From contig JBDHUY010000019.1 in assembly GCA_039809385.1 (NCBI GenBank), positions 1-28,326 on the forward strand: a stretch of DNA of 28,326 nucleotides, given 5' to 3'. Shown here piece after piece: positions 17,066 through 27,069 of the stretch (its first letter is position 1; each line of letters opens with the position of its first letter). A model generated the notes under the pieces. The model worked only from the letters and a program-made list of their open reading frames with translations, did no database searches and had not been told where the DNA came from. The stretch comes from Candidatus Altimarinota bacterium. GTDB lineage: Bacteria > Patescibacteriota > Gracilibacteria > JBDHUY01. The position numbers and the translations under genes are program-made.

Positions 17066-17806
17066 TTATTTATACCGTTTAAACCGCAGACTTGTCGCGG
17101 TGAACAGACATTCCAGTGTATCGAACCATCCGGAGAGCTTGGATGATCCGTGTACCCTGTCTGTGAAAATGATAGGAACTTCCTTTATTCTGGCCCCTTT
17201 ACGGGTAGCCTGATGTACCAGGCTCATCTGGAAAGCATATCCTTTGCTTAAAACCTGATCCAGGTTCATCTTTCTCAGCAGAGCGGTGCCGATACACCGG
17301 AACCCCGAAGTACAATCATGTACCCTGGCCATCCCGCCTACAAATCGTATGTATTGATTTCCCCAAAAGGAGAGAACATACCGGTACCACTTCCACTCGC
17401 GCGGAATACTGCCCCCCGGAATATAGCGTGAACCGATAATGAAATCATATCCTTGATCTGCCGCTTTTAGAAAATCGCGGAGATATGCCGGGTTATGCGA
17501 AAGATCCGCATCCATTTCAAATAAATAGTCCATGTCCGGCATATGTTCCAGGACATATCGGAAGCCGCGTTTGTAGGCAATGCTTAAACCCTCTTTTTTC
17601 CCACTCAAAAGAAACAGATTCGTATAGACTTTTTGTAAATCTGTGACAATATCGGCTGTCCCATCCGGCGATGTGTCGTCCACTACCAGCACAGACAAAC
17701 TCCAATTGGGAAATTTTTGGGTAAAGATCTGTTCCAGCACGGTTTTGATGGTCGCCTGTTCGTTATACGTCGGTAGAACGATGCAGGCTTTTTTTGTTTT
17801 GCCCAT
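17066..17806 (-). CDS. Polyprenol monophosphomannose synthase (GT2, DPM1/Ppm1-like)
   Basis: 'LPTYNE', 'VDDTSPDGT', 'MDADLSH', 'IGSRY', 'DCTSGFR', 'GYAFQ' and 'EVPIIFTDRVHGSSK'. Confidence 0.92.
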   Translation of the reverse strand: MGKTKKACIVLPTYNEQATIKTVLEQIFTQKFPNWSLSVLVVDDTSPDGTADIVTDLQKVYTNLFLLSGKKEGLSIAYKRGFRYVLEHMPDMDYLFEMDADLSHNPAYLRDFLKAADQGYDFIIGSRYIPGGSIPREWKWYRYVLSFWGNQYIRFVGGMARVHDCTSGFRCIGTALLRKMNLDQVLSKGYAFQMSLVHQATRKGARIKEVPIIFTDRVHGSSKLSGWFDTLECLFTATSLRFKRYK

Positions 17807-18983
17807 ACGCTGTTTCTAAAAACTGATAAAAGTACAACATCAGGAATCCTATAATGAGCATATTTCGCCAAAAGAGCAAGGAGACTGCTCCGGGTTTGAG
17901 CTCGATCAAATCCAGGAAAAATATCGGAACTACCAGATGCGTCAGAAAAATCAGGAGGTTTAACAAAAGACCGAATAACACTTTTCGCTCCTGTAGAAGA
18001 TGTCGCGAGGTAATCCCAAAGAGCGGAATAATCCATAAGAGAAATTGTGGCGAGAATACCTTATTGCATACAATGAAGGTTAAAACCACCAGAAAAGCAG
18101 TATCCCACAACCAGCGCTCTCCCTTCTTTTTCACAAACAGCGCCGAAGTAAAGAGTACGAAAAAGAGGGTGACGAAGACGTACAGAGCTGCCTGGGTCAT
18201 TTGATCGTCGTGCGGCGACGCCAGGTTTTTGGCCCCGTAAGCCGTGTAGACTTCTACCGGTTTGTCCAGTACCATTGCCAGCGACGACCAGGTACTTTCC
18301 AGGTGGATCTGGCGATTTTGGTTATACGTCCAAAAATAGAACAGCCCCTCGGTTTTGGCTCCCGAAAGAAAAAACGATCCCAATATGGCGACGATAACCA
18401 GTACGACCGCAGTCCCATACGATAGCGCCTGTTTCCAATTGCGTAAGTAGACCAAAATAAACGGAACCAGCACCAGCGGATAGAATTTTACCGTGATCGA
18501 TAGGCCCAGAACCAGCGCCGACCAGATCCAGCGTTTCCGGGTTACCAGTATTAAACTTATAAGTGTCAGAATTCCTACCAATACGTCGAGTCGCTGAAAT
18601 ACAATCTCGAACGGACAGAGAATTACGCAAAGGACAAACAGTAATAGCGGGTATTTGTCTTTTTTATCATAGAGAAGTGAGGTACATACGGTCAGAAAAA
18701 ATACGATCAGCAAACTGTACCATACTTTATAACTTTCAGGATTACTTCCCAGGAAATGGGGTACTGCCATAAAAAGCAAAGCTCCCGGCGGATATTCGAT
18801 GGTAAAGTCACGAAAGGGTACCAACCCTGCAAACCATTGATGCGCGGTATTGAAATAAAGCGAAATATCATCGGATTGCGGTCCGTAGTAAAAATTGTAC
18901 AGCGCCAGCAATAAAAACACGGCGGTTGATCCGAGCAGCCAGGGCAGAATGGCCGGATCGAAGATCTTTTTAAGATTTTTCAT
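17763..18983 (-). CDS. GT-C glycosyltransferase, GT87/DUF2029-like
   Basis: 'PFRDFTIEYPPG', 'RLD', 'KFYP' and 'NKVFSPQFLLW', multi-TM. Confidence 0.85.
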   Translation of the reverse strand: MKNLKKIFDPAILPWLLGSTAVFLLLALYNFYYGPQSDDISLYFNTAHQWFAGLVPFRDFTIEYPPGALLFMAVPHFLGSNPESYKVWYSLLIVFFLTVCTSLLYDKKDKYPLLLFVLCVILCPFEIVFQRLDVLVGILTLISLILVTRKRWIWSALVLGLSITVKFYPLVLVPFILVYLRNWKQALSYGTAVVLVIVAILGSFFLSGAKTEGLFYFWTYNQNRQIHLESTWSSLAMVLDKPVEVYTAYGAKNLASPHDDQMTQAALYVFVTLFFVLFTSALFVKKKGERWLWDTAFLVVLTFIVCNKVFSPQFLLWIIPLFGITSRHLLQERKVLFGLLLNLLIFLTHLVVPIFFLDLIELKPGAVSLLFWRNMLIIGFLMLYFYQFLETAYGQNKKSLHRSTDV

Positions 18984-20548
18984 AAGGCATAGAGGGAAAA
19001 TAGCGTTTGATTCTCATGAGTAACTATTTTTTGTAGTGGTGGTGGCAGGTTGAGATATGCGGCTTCGCTGCCACTGAGGATCAGGATCGTGCCGGGAATC
19101 AGGCGTGACATATCGCTTTCGTTGATGAACCGGATTTTCTCGCGTATCTCTTGCGGAAGGTAGAATTTATGGAATATATCGATCTCCTGACGCCCGCTGC
19201 CTGTCTCGATAATGGCCCCGGTCGTTCCGGGCCGGTAGTGTTCCAAAATAAAGCGGTTGATCTCTCCTTCCTCTTTTTGCCAGGCGCCCGGCGAATAGCT
19301 GGCATACATTGGATAGCTGTTAAAATAATGGGTGAAAAAAAGATGCGCCTGTACCAGTACCGGAATACAGAATATTCCCGCTACCACCATCCCTCCCGCG
19401 ACCGAACGCAAAAACTTTCTCGACGAGACCCATAACGTTTTTATACCAAAACCACCCAAAACCGCAAATAGTAAAACTCCGATATAACCGCGAAGCGCGT
19501 GCGGCACTCCTTCATTGGTCATAGATCCGGCCAGCGGAAAAAGTATGAGTAAGCTTAGCCAGAACAAGTGAAAAGAGTTTCGTTTACTCCGAACTATTCC
19601 GACGAGTCCTGCCAGGATCAGCGGAATCATGCCAAGATAGATCTCGCCGGTTCCATAGAGATGAACATGATGGCGTATATTCAGGTCTCCTCGCAAAAAT
19701 AAAAACTCACCCGAGAAGTACGCAAAGTAATTTTTCAGGAAACTAAACCACGGTTCTTTATCCTGAAAGATCGAGATGCTGTTGAACCGTTGGTTAAAAT
19801 CGGGATGCTGCCAAAGAAATAGACAAAAAGGTAAAATCGTTACCAAATAGACCAGGATTCCAATCCAGGCAGTCTTTCGGCGCTGCCACAGAACTTGGTA
19901 ATTTAGCATAACGAACAAAAGCAAAAAGAGCGGCGAAAATAACCGGGCAGTGGTGTAAGAATACAAAAATAATCCCATGGCGAGATTTCCCAGGATAAGC
20001 CAGGCGATCTTGTCTTTTTCCGTCCAGCGGTAGAGTCCGTAAATAGCGGTAACCAAAAAGAAAAGGCTCGAAGCGACTTCGAAACCGATCCGGTTGATCT
20101 CGAAGTGCCAGGGAAGAATGGCGAGCAGGAGTGCTGTCGCTGTACCCAGGAGTCTGCTTTTGCCGATATCTTTTCCAAGCAGATACACTATCATTATGGT
20201 CAGAAGTCCGAAGACTACAGCTACGCTGCGCAGCGTCCATTCCGAAACTCCGGCAATACCGAAAAAAGCGCTTGTGGCGTAAATGAAGAGCGGATTTTTA
20301 TACTCCCCAAAGGCTTGAAAATAGATCGGCCAGCTCATTCCGTGCTCGTCTTTGCCGCTTTCCAGTATACTGCGCGCATTTACTCCGATCGACGCTTCGT
20401 CATTGTACAGACCGGCCGGAATGTCACCAAGTTTGTAAAAATAGAGACTCCCGATCAATAGCAGACAGAATAATATCAATGCTGTTTCGATCCAAAACCT
20501 GGCTTTTTTGCCAATATGGCGCGAACTTAATGATAACGTCCTCCCCAT
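18980..20548 (-). CDS. GT-C glycosyltransferase (ArnT/GT39-like)
   Basis: 'PAGLYNDEASIG', 'GKDEHG', 'EYKNPL', 'RIGFE' and 'PHALR', multi-TM. Confidence 0.85.
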   Translation of the reverse strand: MGRTLSLSSRHIGKKARFWIETALILFCLLLIGSLYFYKLGDIPAGLYNDEASIGVNARSILESGKDEHGMSWPIYFQAFGEYKNPLFIYATSAFFGIAGVSEWTLRSVAVVFGLLTIMIVYLLGKDIGKSRLLGTATALLLAILPWHFEINRIGFEVASSLFFLVTAIYGLYRWTEKDKIAWLILGNLAMGLFLYSYTTARLFSPLFLLLFVMLNYQVLWQRRKTAWIGILVYLVTILPFCLFLWQHPDFNQRFNSISIFQDKEPWFSFLKNYFAYFSGEFLFLRGDLNIRHHVHLYGTGEIYLGMIPLILAGLVGIVRSKRNSFHLFWLSLLILFPLAGSMTNEGVPHALRGYIGVLLFAVLGGFGIKTLWVSSRKFLRSVAGGMVVAGIFCIPVLVQAHLFFTHYFNSYPMYASYSPGAWQKEEGEINRFILEHYRPGTTGAIIETGSGRQEIDIFHKFYLPQEIREKIRFINESDMSRLIPGTILILSGSEAAYLNLPPPLQKIVTHENQTLFSLYAL

Positions 20549-21720
20549 AAATTCAGCTTTATGAAGATAAGTTCGCGTAAGGTGCGCAGGCCGTCTTTGA
20601 TTGGACGTACCCGGCTGTCGGGGGCGTTATACCAACTGACTGCGACTTCTTTGATATCATATTTAAGAAGTCGCGCGATCACGAGTATTTCCATGTCAAA
20701 GCCGAAGCGTTTTACTTTCATCCGCGAAAAGATCTCCTTGGCCGCACCGTGCTGAAATGCTTTAAATCCGCACTGCGTATCCTTGATCCCGTCCAGCAAA
20801 AAAGTCTGGATCATCAAGTTTCCCAGCCGACCCAACACAATCCGGTATTTGGGCTGTTCGATTTTTATATCGCTGCCTTTGATGTACCGCGAACCGATCA
20901 CAACCTCATGTTTTTTGAGTAATGGAAACACTTTGCGCCATTCCTCGATCGGTGTCGAATTGTCGGCATCGGTAAAGAGGATATATTCTCCCAGCGCCTG
21001 TTCTACGCCTTGTTTTACCGCGAACCCTTTCCCCTGGTTTGTTGCGTAGTGAACCAACTTCAAATGAGGAATCTTTTCTTTCAGTTCGGTAACGACCTGT
21101 ACCGTTTTGTCCTTGCTTCCGTCATCTACTACCAGAATCTCGTATGTTTTCGCTTGTAGTTGACAAAAAGCGCTGACTGTTTGCAGCGTTTTAACGATGC
21201 GTTTCTCTTCGTTATAGGCCGGGATAATAATGCTTAATGTTAACGGATAATGCTCGAGATGCTGTACTACGCGGATCCGGTCGTTAAAGGTCCAGAACTT
21301 GTTGCCCATGAAGTTCCAGCTCAACACGATGACCGAGGTTATTAATTTTGCAACCACATAACCGGGTAGCTCTTTCTGCATACTGAAAAAACCGATGGAA
21401 ACATTCGGAATGATAAGAATATGTACGAAAATGTACATAAATACCAACGTTAATAATAACCCTATCCCGGCAACAAGAAAGAATTTTATGAACTGTTTCC
21501 GGATGTTGGTATGCTTATTATTGAAGGTCCAGTACTTGTTGAGCAGGAAATTGTTGATAACTGCGGCGATAAAAGAAAAACCGGTGGCGATCAGTATCGG
21601 CATCGAGACAAATTCAACCAACAGATAGAGTACGACGACGTCGACCACGGTACCGAGACCGCCGACAATGGCGTACCGGATGAAGACCAGGAAGTCGTGG
21701 AGAGGATGCTGTTTTGTCAT
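20527..21720 (-). CDS. GtrA-like domain fused to dolichyl/polyprenyl-phosphate glucosyltransferase (ALG5-like GT2)
   Basis: N-terminal GtrA ('RYAIVG', 'NFLLNKYWTF', 'NFMGNKFWTF') and C-terminal 'IPAYNE', 'VDDGSKD', 'GKGFAV', 'DADNST', 'DTQCGFK' and 'FGFDME'. Confidence 0.9.
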   Translation of the reverse strand: MTKQHPLHDFLVFIRYAIVGGLGTVVDVVVLYLLVEFVSMPILIATGFSFIAAVINNFLLNKYWTFNNKHTNIRKQFIKFFLVAGIGLLLTLVFMYIFVHILIIPNVSIGFFSMQKELPGYVVAKLITSVIVLSWNFMGNKFWTFNDRIRVVQHLEHYPLTLSIIIPAYNEEKRIVKTLQTVSAFCQLQAKTYEILVVDDGSKDKTVQVVTELKEKIPHLKLVHYATNQGKGFAVKQGVEQALGEYILFTDADNSTPIEEWRKVFPLLKKHEVVIGSRYIKGSDIKIEQPKYRIVLGRLGNLMIQTFLLDGIKDTQCGFKAFQHGAAKEIFSRMKVKRFGFDMEILVIARLLKYDIKEVAVSWYNAPDSRVRPIKDGLRTLRELIFIKLNLWGGRYH

Positions 21721-21739
21721 GAATTGATACGAATATACA

Positions 21740-21935
21740 AAACTATAAAATCTGAAATTCTAAATACCAAAGTTCAAATATTAAAATAATTTCAAAAGCC
21801 AAATATCAAATCTTTTCTTCCTATAGGATCGTTCGGATTTTACTTGAATATTCAACTGGTTCTCGCTTTGAGTTTTGATGTTGGAATTTCTTTTGGCATT
21901 TGATCCGCCGCAGCGGATGAACTTTGGATTTTTAG
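21740..21935. repeat. Degenerate heptamer tracts in inverted orientation with embedded TCCGC hairpin
   Basis: aaatctg aaattct aaatacc aaagttc aaatatt ... faces tttgagt tttgatg ttggaat ... The hairpin atccgccgcagcggat lies at 21903-21918. Confidence 0.6.
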
Positions 21936-21988
21936 CATCATAGCATTCTTCATCTCTTGATTTTCTATAACATGGGCAATATCCTCAT

Positions 21989-23908
21989 TTACAGGACTTT
22001 AAACAAATAATATCCGTCTCCCACCGCCTGCGGGTATTGATCAACCTTGGGATCATTCCCGGCAAATAGTACTTCTTCAAACAGGTCCGAACGTTTTTTG
22101 AGATTCTGGTAAAATTGTCCGTGATCGACGTTGACGATCACCCACTTCGCTTTGAAATGTTCTTTGATCCGTTCGAGATTGTTCGCATCGTTCCCGGAAG
22201 AAATGGCCGCAAATTCTTGGTAGAGTTTCCCAGGTTGTCCCGGATACGGTTCGCCTTCATACTGGTTCATGAATTCCGGATCCAGTCCGACCAGATAATA
22301 AGTTTTCGAATTAGCGAAAAAATAACGCGGGAAGACATCCCAGTCGTCCGTAAAAACAATATCTCCTTCTTGAGCATTATCCAGAAGGTACTGATGGGCT
22401 TTCTGGAGTGCCGACATGCTAAAGAGTGTCTGGGTGTCGCCGCGGGCCCGTTTTATTTCGCAAATTGCGAAATTGATCAGGCTCGGCGGCATGGCCAGAC
22501 CGGTACAATCGCGATGTACCTCTTTGACCTGCCCGTTGGCCTGAGGGACCGCATCCGATTCTCCGCCAATATGGGCTATTGGAACAGGAATCAGCAAGGT
22601 CAAGATGACAAGTGCGTAAAGACCATTTTCCAGTGTCGGTTTTAGTAGATTTTGTTTGATCTCCTCGGCCTTCTCACTCATAAATCCTTGCATGAGAGCT
22701 AGGCCGCTCAGCGTGAGGAAAAACGGCGAATATTCCACGAACCGTTTCGATTTCCATACCAGGATCAAAAACAGAAAGGACATCATCAGCATACTGACTA
22801 CTTTGGCACCGGGACGATTTTTGGAGCTGATAAATCCCAGTGCGATACCGGCAATGAAGATGAATACCGGAATCCAGTTGATCGTCAGCCAGAAGAACGA
22901 TTCATAGTTGGCCCACTCGCCGCCCACATAGCTTTTGGCGCCCAGACCGGTTTGGAATATCTGTAAAAAGAGAAACTCGAAATTCTTTGGGAAATAGGGG
23001 TTCATGATCAACCCGAGCGCGGTTCCACCGATCATGGCTACCGGTAATTTCCAGTCTACCTGTTCTTTACACACGATCTGGGCTACCAGATACACGACCG
23101 CAAATATCGGCAAAAAGGTGAAGCCGCCGTAGGACCAGACATAGAGAAACGAGAGCACTGCAATGATGCCGGCTTTATTTTTAAACGCGAAATACATGAT
23201 GGCCATCAAATAAGCCAGCGACAGCGGAATGGCTTTGATAAAACTCAAACGATAGTAAAAATCCGACGACATGGTAAAGATGGCGATCAGCGACCACAGC
23301 AGCGGTAGCGGTACTTTCAGGTGTTTCAGGATCAGATAAAAGAACAAGAAACAGGCTGCGGTGGATAAGATCATCGTTAATTTTGCTCCGGTAAATGTGC
23401 CGAATATTTGTAAGAAAGGGATCATCATGATGTGAAAGAGCAGATGGTGGTTCACATACTTTTCATTCAGCGTGGTGAAATACAGCCACGGAAAATGCTG
23501 GATAAAGATCGAGTTCAGTATCAGAACAACCAGACCGATGCCGGCGACGATCACGCCGTTTCTGACTTTATTTTTTTTGCTGAACCAGTATGCGAGTCCG
23601 AAAAGCCCGCCCAGTGAGAGGATTTGCAAAAAACCTCCTATTGCTCCCGCATTGGCGATTCCGGAAAAAATTCCGTTAGAAAAATCGAATCCCCGTTCCA
23701 GGATCAGCTGCGCCATTTTGACGTGATAGTAGCTGTCAAACTCGGAGATATATGGATTGTCCGGGTTAAACTGAATGTAGGACATCAGTAAAAAGGCTGC
23801 CACGAATACGATAACTCCCGAAAGAATATGGAAAAAACGGGCGATACTCTGCTCCTGCTGTTCCAGCGTACCGCGGTGATTATCTCTCAGCGAAGAATCG
23901 TGTTTCAT
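21989..23908 (-). CDS. Multi-pass GT-C-like membrane protein (distantly STT3/AglB-like)
   Basis: 'DSYYHVKMA' after TM1, many TM helices, 'GGEW', 'KRF' and a soluble C-terminal domain with 'FTDDWD'. Confidence 0.65.
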   Translation of the reverse strand: MKHDSSLRDNHRGTLEQQEQSIARFFHILSGVIVFVAAFLLMSYIQFNPDNPYISEFDSYYHVKMAQLILERGFDFSNGIFSGIANAGAIGGFLQILSLGGLFGLAYWFSKKNKVRNGVIVAGIGLVVLILNSIFIQHFPWLYFTTLNEKYVNHHLLFHIMMIPFLQIFGTFTGAKLTMILSTAACFLFFYLILKHLKVPLPLLWSLIAIFTMSSDFYYRLSFIKAIPLSLAYLMAIMYFAFKNKAGIIAVLSFLYVWSYGGFTFLPIFAVVYLVAQIVCKEQVDWKLPVAMIGGTALGLIMNPYFPKNFEFLFLQIFQTGLGAKSYVGGEWANYESFFWLTINWIPVFIFIAGIALGFISSKNRPGAKVVSMLMMSFLFLILVWKSKRFVEYSPFFLTLSGLALMQGFMSEKAEEIKQNLLKPTLENGLYALVILTLLIPVPIAHIGGESDAVPQANGQVKEVHRDCTGLAMPPSLINFAICEIKRARGDTQTLFSMSALQKAHQYLLDNAQEGDIVFTDDWDVFPRYFFANSKTYYLVGLDPEFMNQYEGEPYPGQPGKLYQEFAAISSGNDANNLERIKEHFKAKWVIVNVDHGQFYQNLKKRSDLFEEVLFAGNDPKVDQYPQAVGDGYYLFKVL

Positions 23909-23989
23909 ATGTCAAAATGAAGGAAGGATAGAATATAAAAAGATAAAGGAACATTGATTGAGGGCAGTAGTACTTCTCTCGGTTCTTCC

Positions 23990-24250
23990 CTAGAAACGGG
24001 ACGATGTGCTGATATTTGAAGAATAAGTACTTGTACTGGTGGCTAACGACAAATAGTAGACCGAAACTCCCAGGATCGCGAACGAGATCAATAAAAAAAT
24101 GGTTGTGCTCGGAATAATTGTTTTGGACATCATGCGCGACCGGAAAGCCACTTTCAGCGAAATGATCGTAAAAAAAAGCCAGACGAGCAATAGAAATAAA
24201 AATATCAGAATAAGTGTGAGGTTCATGGGAGAAACAATGTCAAAATTCAA
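23990..24250 (-). CDS. Small two-TM hypothetical membrane protein
   Basis: 86-aa ORF co-oriented with its neighbours, with two hydrophobic helices and a Ser/Thr-rich tail. The start may be ATG 24226. Confidence 0.6.
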   Translation of the reverse strand: MNFDIVSPMNLTLILIFLFLLLVWLFFTIISLKVAFRSRMMSKTIIPSTTIFLLISFAILGVSVYYLSLATSTSTYSSNISTSSRF

Positions 24251-24368
24251 ATCTAAGAGCAGGGGGTAAAACGTATTCAGTATAAAGTATTAAGTATGGA
24301 AACATTCCCAACGGGGGACTGTTCCCAAATTAATAATTCATCCTTCATAATTTATAATTTGGTTCTCC

Positions 24369-25718
24369 TTATTCTTCTTCGCGAATAAGTGCCAAGACTT
24401 CCCTTGTCTTTACTTCCATAGCTTCTTTGGTTTTTGCTTCCAGGTTCAGTCGGATAACGGGTTCGGTATTGCTACCGCGTACATTGAAATGATAGTCCGG
24501 GTAACGGACCGACACGCCATCGATATGATCTATCTCGGCGTCGGTGTAGTGCTCTTCGATCCGTTCCAGCGTAGCGGGAACGCTTTTTACGTTGCTGTTG
24601 ATCTCCCCGGAGATAAAGTATTTTTCTTGAAAGGTTTTCATCAAGGCCGATAGCGGTTTATCCTTTTGGGACATGATTTGGAGCAACAGGAGAGCCGAAG
24701 CGATCCCGCTGTCGCAGAAGTTCAGGTCTCGGTAGTAGTAATGTGCCGAAACTTCTCCTCCAAAAATGGCATTTTCCCGGCTCATGCGTTTTTTGATGTA
24801 GGTGTGCCCGACCCGTTCTACCAGAGCCTCTCCGCCGTTTTTCCGGATAATCTCCGGCACCGCGTCACTGGCTCGCGGGTCGTAAATAATCCTGGCCCCT
24901 TTCTCACGCGCGCAGAACCATTCGGCAAACAAAGCCGTGACAAAGTCTCCGGGCAGGGCATAGCCGGTTTCGTCGATGAAAAAACAGCGGTCGGCGTCAC
25001 CGTCGAAAGCAATGCCAAGATCGGCTTTTGCTTCTTTCACTTTTGCTTCCAGGGCTTTTTTGTTTTCCGGAATCAACGGATCCGGAATATGGTTCGGGAA
25101 ATTTCCGTTCGGCTCGAAAAACATTGGCATGATTTCCAGTTGAGGTAGCAGACCGAAAGTCGCCTGACTGATCATTCCGCCCATCCCGTTACCGGCGTCC
25201 ACCACTATTTTGTAGCGCTTGATCGTACCGGGATCGATCATCGACAGGCATTTGATAGCGTACTCCTCCATGATCCGTTCGTCTGTCGACAAACTGCCCG
25301 AGATTTGCCCCTTTTCAAATTTTCCATTTATGGCTTTCTCCTGAATCTCTTCCATGCCCAGTCCTTTTCCGATCAACTGCGGGATCTGTTTGACCATTTT
25401 AAATCCGGTCCATTCGGGCGGATTGTGCGACGCAGTATTCATGATTCCGGCACAATTGTATTTACTGCAGGCAAAATAAAAGGCGTCCGTACTAACCATA
25501 CCAATATCGATGACCGAACCGCCCTGTTCCAGTATCCCTTCAATCAATGCCTTCACGAGTTCCGGGGCCGAAATTCGCATGTCATGTCCGACCACGACCG
25601 TATCGGCTTTTGTCAACTCTACAAAAGCCCGTCCGATCCGGTAGGTGCCGGAAGCGTCTATCTGACTTGGATAAATGCCACGAATGTCGTAAGCTTTGAA
25701 AATGGATAGCTCCAGCAT
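24369..25718 (-). CDS. manB: Phosphomannomutase/phosphoglucomutase
   Basis: 'IFKAYDIRG', 'TASHNP', 'DGDADR', 'GEVSAH' and 'RGSNTEP'. The start is placed at ATG 25718. Confidence 0.95.
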   Translation of the reverse strand: MLELSIFKAYDIRGIYPSQIDASGTYRIGRAFVELTKADTVVVGHDMRISAPELVKALIEGILEQGGSVIDIGMVSTDAFYFACSKYNCAGIMNTASHNPPEWTGFKMVKQIPQLIGKGLGMEEIQEKAINGKFEKGQISGSLSTDERIMEEYAIKCLSMIDPGTIKRYKIVVDAGNGMGGMISQATFGLLPQLEIMPMFFEPNGNFPNHIPDPLIPENKKALEAKVKEAKADLGIAFDGDADRCFFIDETGYALPGDFVTALFAEWFCAREKGARIIYDPRASDAVPEIIRKNGGEALVERVGHTYIKKRMSRENAIFGGEVSAHYYYRDLNFCDSGIASALLLLQIMSQKDKPLSALMKTFQEKYFISGEINSNVKSVPATLERIEEHYTDAEIDHIDGVSVRYPDYHFNVRGSNTEPVIRLNLEAKTKEAMEVKTREVLALIREEE

Positions 25719-25886
25719 GGGAGAGAGGTTAAGGATTACAGGAAGAAAAAATCTGAGGGAGATTAGGTGAATCCTATGAAAACGGACGAAAATCAATACT
25801 TTCTTGTTATCGCAACAGAAATATCAAATTTCAAGATTTTTATTCATAGCAGCAAACCAAAAGAAATACCGAAATCATTGTGTAAT

Positions 25887-26906
25887 TTAATCCGCACTCT
25901 CCTTCGGGTTCAGTTTATTGACACTTCGAAAGAGCGAACGAATGCTGTGGTGCGAGGTGTGTATTAACCCGATCGCGACCCAGACGATATCGCGGATACG
26001 CATGAGCAGTACCAGTAAAATCGCTGTGCTTGAACTATGTCCCAGCAGCCCCAGTATAGTAGCGGTGGCGCTTTCCAGCAGCCCCAATCCGCCCGGAATC
26101 GGCATGAGCATCGAAATATTGGGCAGGAACGCGACAATAAATATTTCCGAAAAGGTCAAATGTATCCCGAGAAAATACAGAACGACCATAAATTCCAGAA
26201 TGCGCAGCGACCAGCTTGCCGCCGCCAGCAACAGCGTTATGATAAAAACGCGTTTATGATGCATGAAAAACGTGAACATCCGTTGCTCGGTCTGCATGAT
26301 CTTTTGCTCCAGATGCTGGAGTCGGGGGATGCGGTGTCCTCCCAGTAGTCGAAAGATCGTCCTGAAAAAACCCCGTTTTGTGATAGTCAGCCAGTAAAAC
26401 GATCCCAGAATCACGGCGGTGATAATCACAGTTACGATGATACTGATGAGCCCTTCGCGGCCGATCAGCCCTTTGGACAGCGCTAATAAAATGCTGATGA
26501 AAATAAAAATCATGAACGTCGTGACCTCCAACGCCTTGTCGGTAATTACCGAGAACGAGCCTTCTTTGACCGGAATACCGTGTTCTTTTTTGAGCAGGTA
26601 GATTTTGATCGGTTCGCCGGACAACAGCGTCGCGGGTGTCATGTAGCTGAGCATGAATCCTGCGAACGAATGAAGCGTCAAACGAAACAACGATATTCTG
26701 CGTCCCTCCAGATCGACCAGTATTTTCCATCGGTACGTGAAGACGATCATATTCAAAAGCGACACTGCCAAAAACAGCAGAAACGCCCACGGACTGAAAG
26801 TAGTAATACTTTCCCCAATAGTCTCCAACCCGGTTTGCATGATGCTGTTGACAAACAGAGCGATTCCGACGATGAATAAAATACCAAACAGCAGAATTTT
26901 TTTCAT
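25887..26906 (-). CDS. Lysylphosphatidylglycerol synthase TM-domain / UPF0104 flippase-like protein
   Basis: 'YRW', 'TPA..SGEP.K', 'DK' and 'PIPGGLGLLE', multi-TM. Confidence 0.88.
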   Translation of the reverse strand: MKKILLFGILFIVGIALFVNSIMQTGLETIGESITTFSPWAFLLFLAVSLLNMIVFTYRWKILVDLEGRRISLFRLTLHSFAGFMLSYMTPATLLSGEPIKIYLLKKEHGIPVKEGSFSVITDKALEVTTFMIFIFISILLALSKGLIGREGLISIIVTVIITAVILGSFYWLTITKRGFFRTIFRLLGGHRIPRLQHLEQKIMQTEQRMFTFFMHHKRVFIITLLLAAASWSLRILEFMVVLYFLGIHLTFSEIFIVAFLPNISMLMPIPGGLGLLESATATILGLLGHSSSTAILLVLLMRIRDIVWVAIGLIHTSHHSIRSLFRSVNKLNPKESAD

Positions 26907-26960
26907 GAGTTGTCTCGGCCGGATTTACCTCGTAAAAGACTATCTTGATATACGCCCCAG

Positions 26961-26989
26961 ATTGTAGCCTAAGCCTGGGGATAAAACAA
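26961..26989 (-). promoter_or_regulatory. Possible sigma70 promoter for the flippase/PMM genes
   Basis: Minus strand TTGTTT-N17-TACAAT. Confidence 0.4.
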
Positions 26990-27069
26990 CGAAAAAATCT
27001 GCGGTCAGCCCTAAAAGCCGATTTCCGGTACGACCTGTTGCGGGATATTCTTGGTTATCTTTGTGTTCG

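Noticed and set aside
25719-25796. Longer PMM N-terminus
   Set aside because: Family homology starts at M-LELSIFKAYDIRG (25718).
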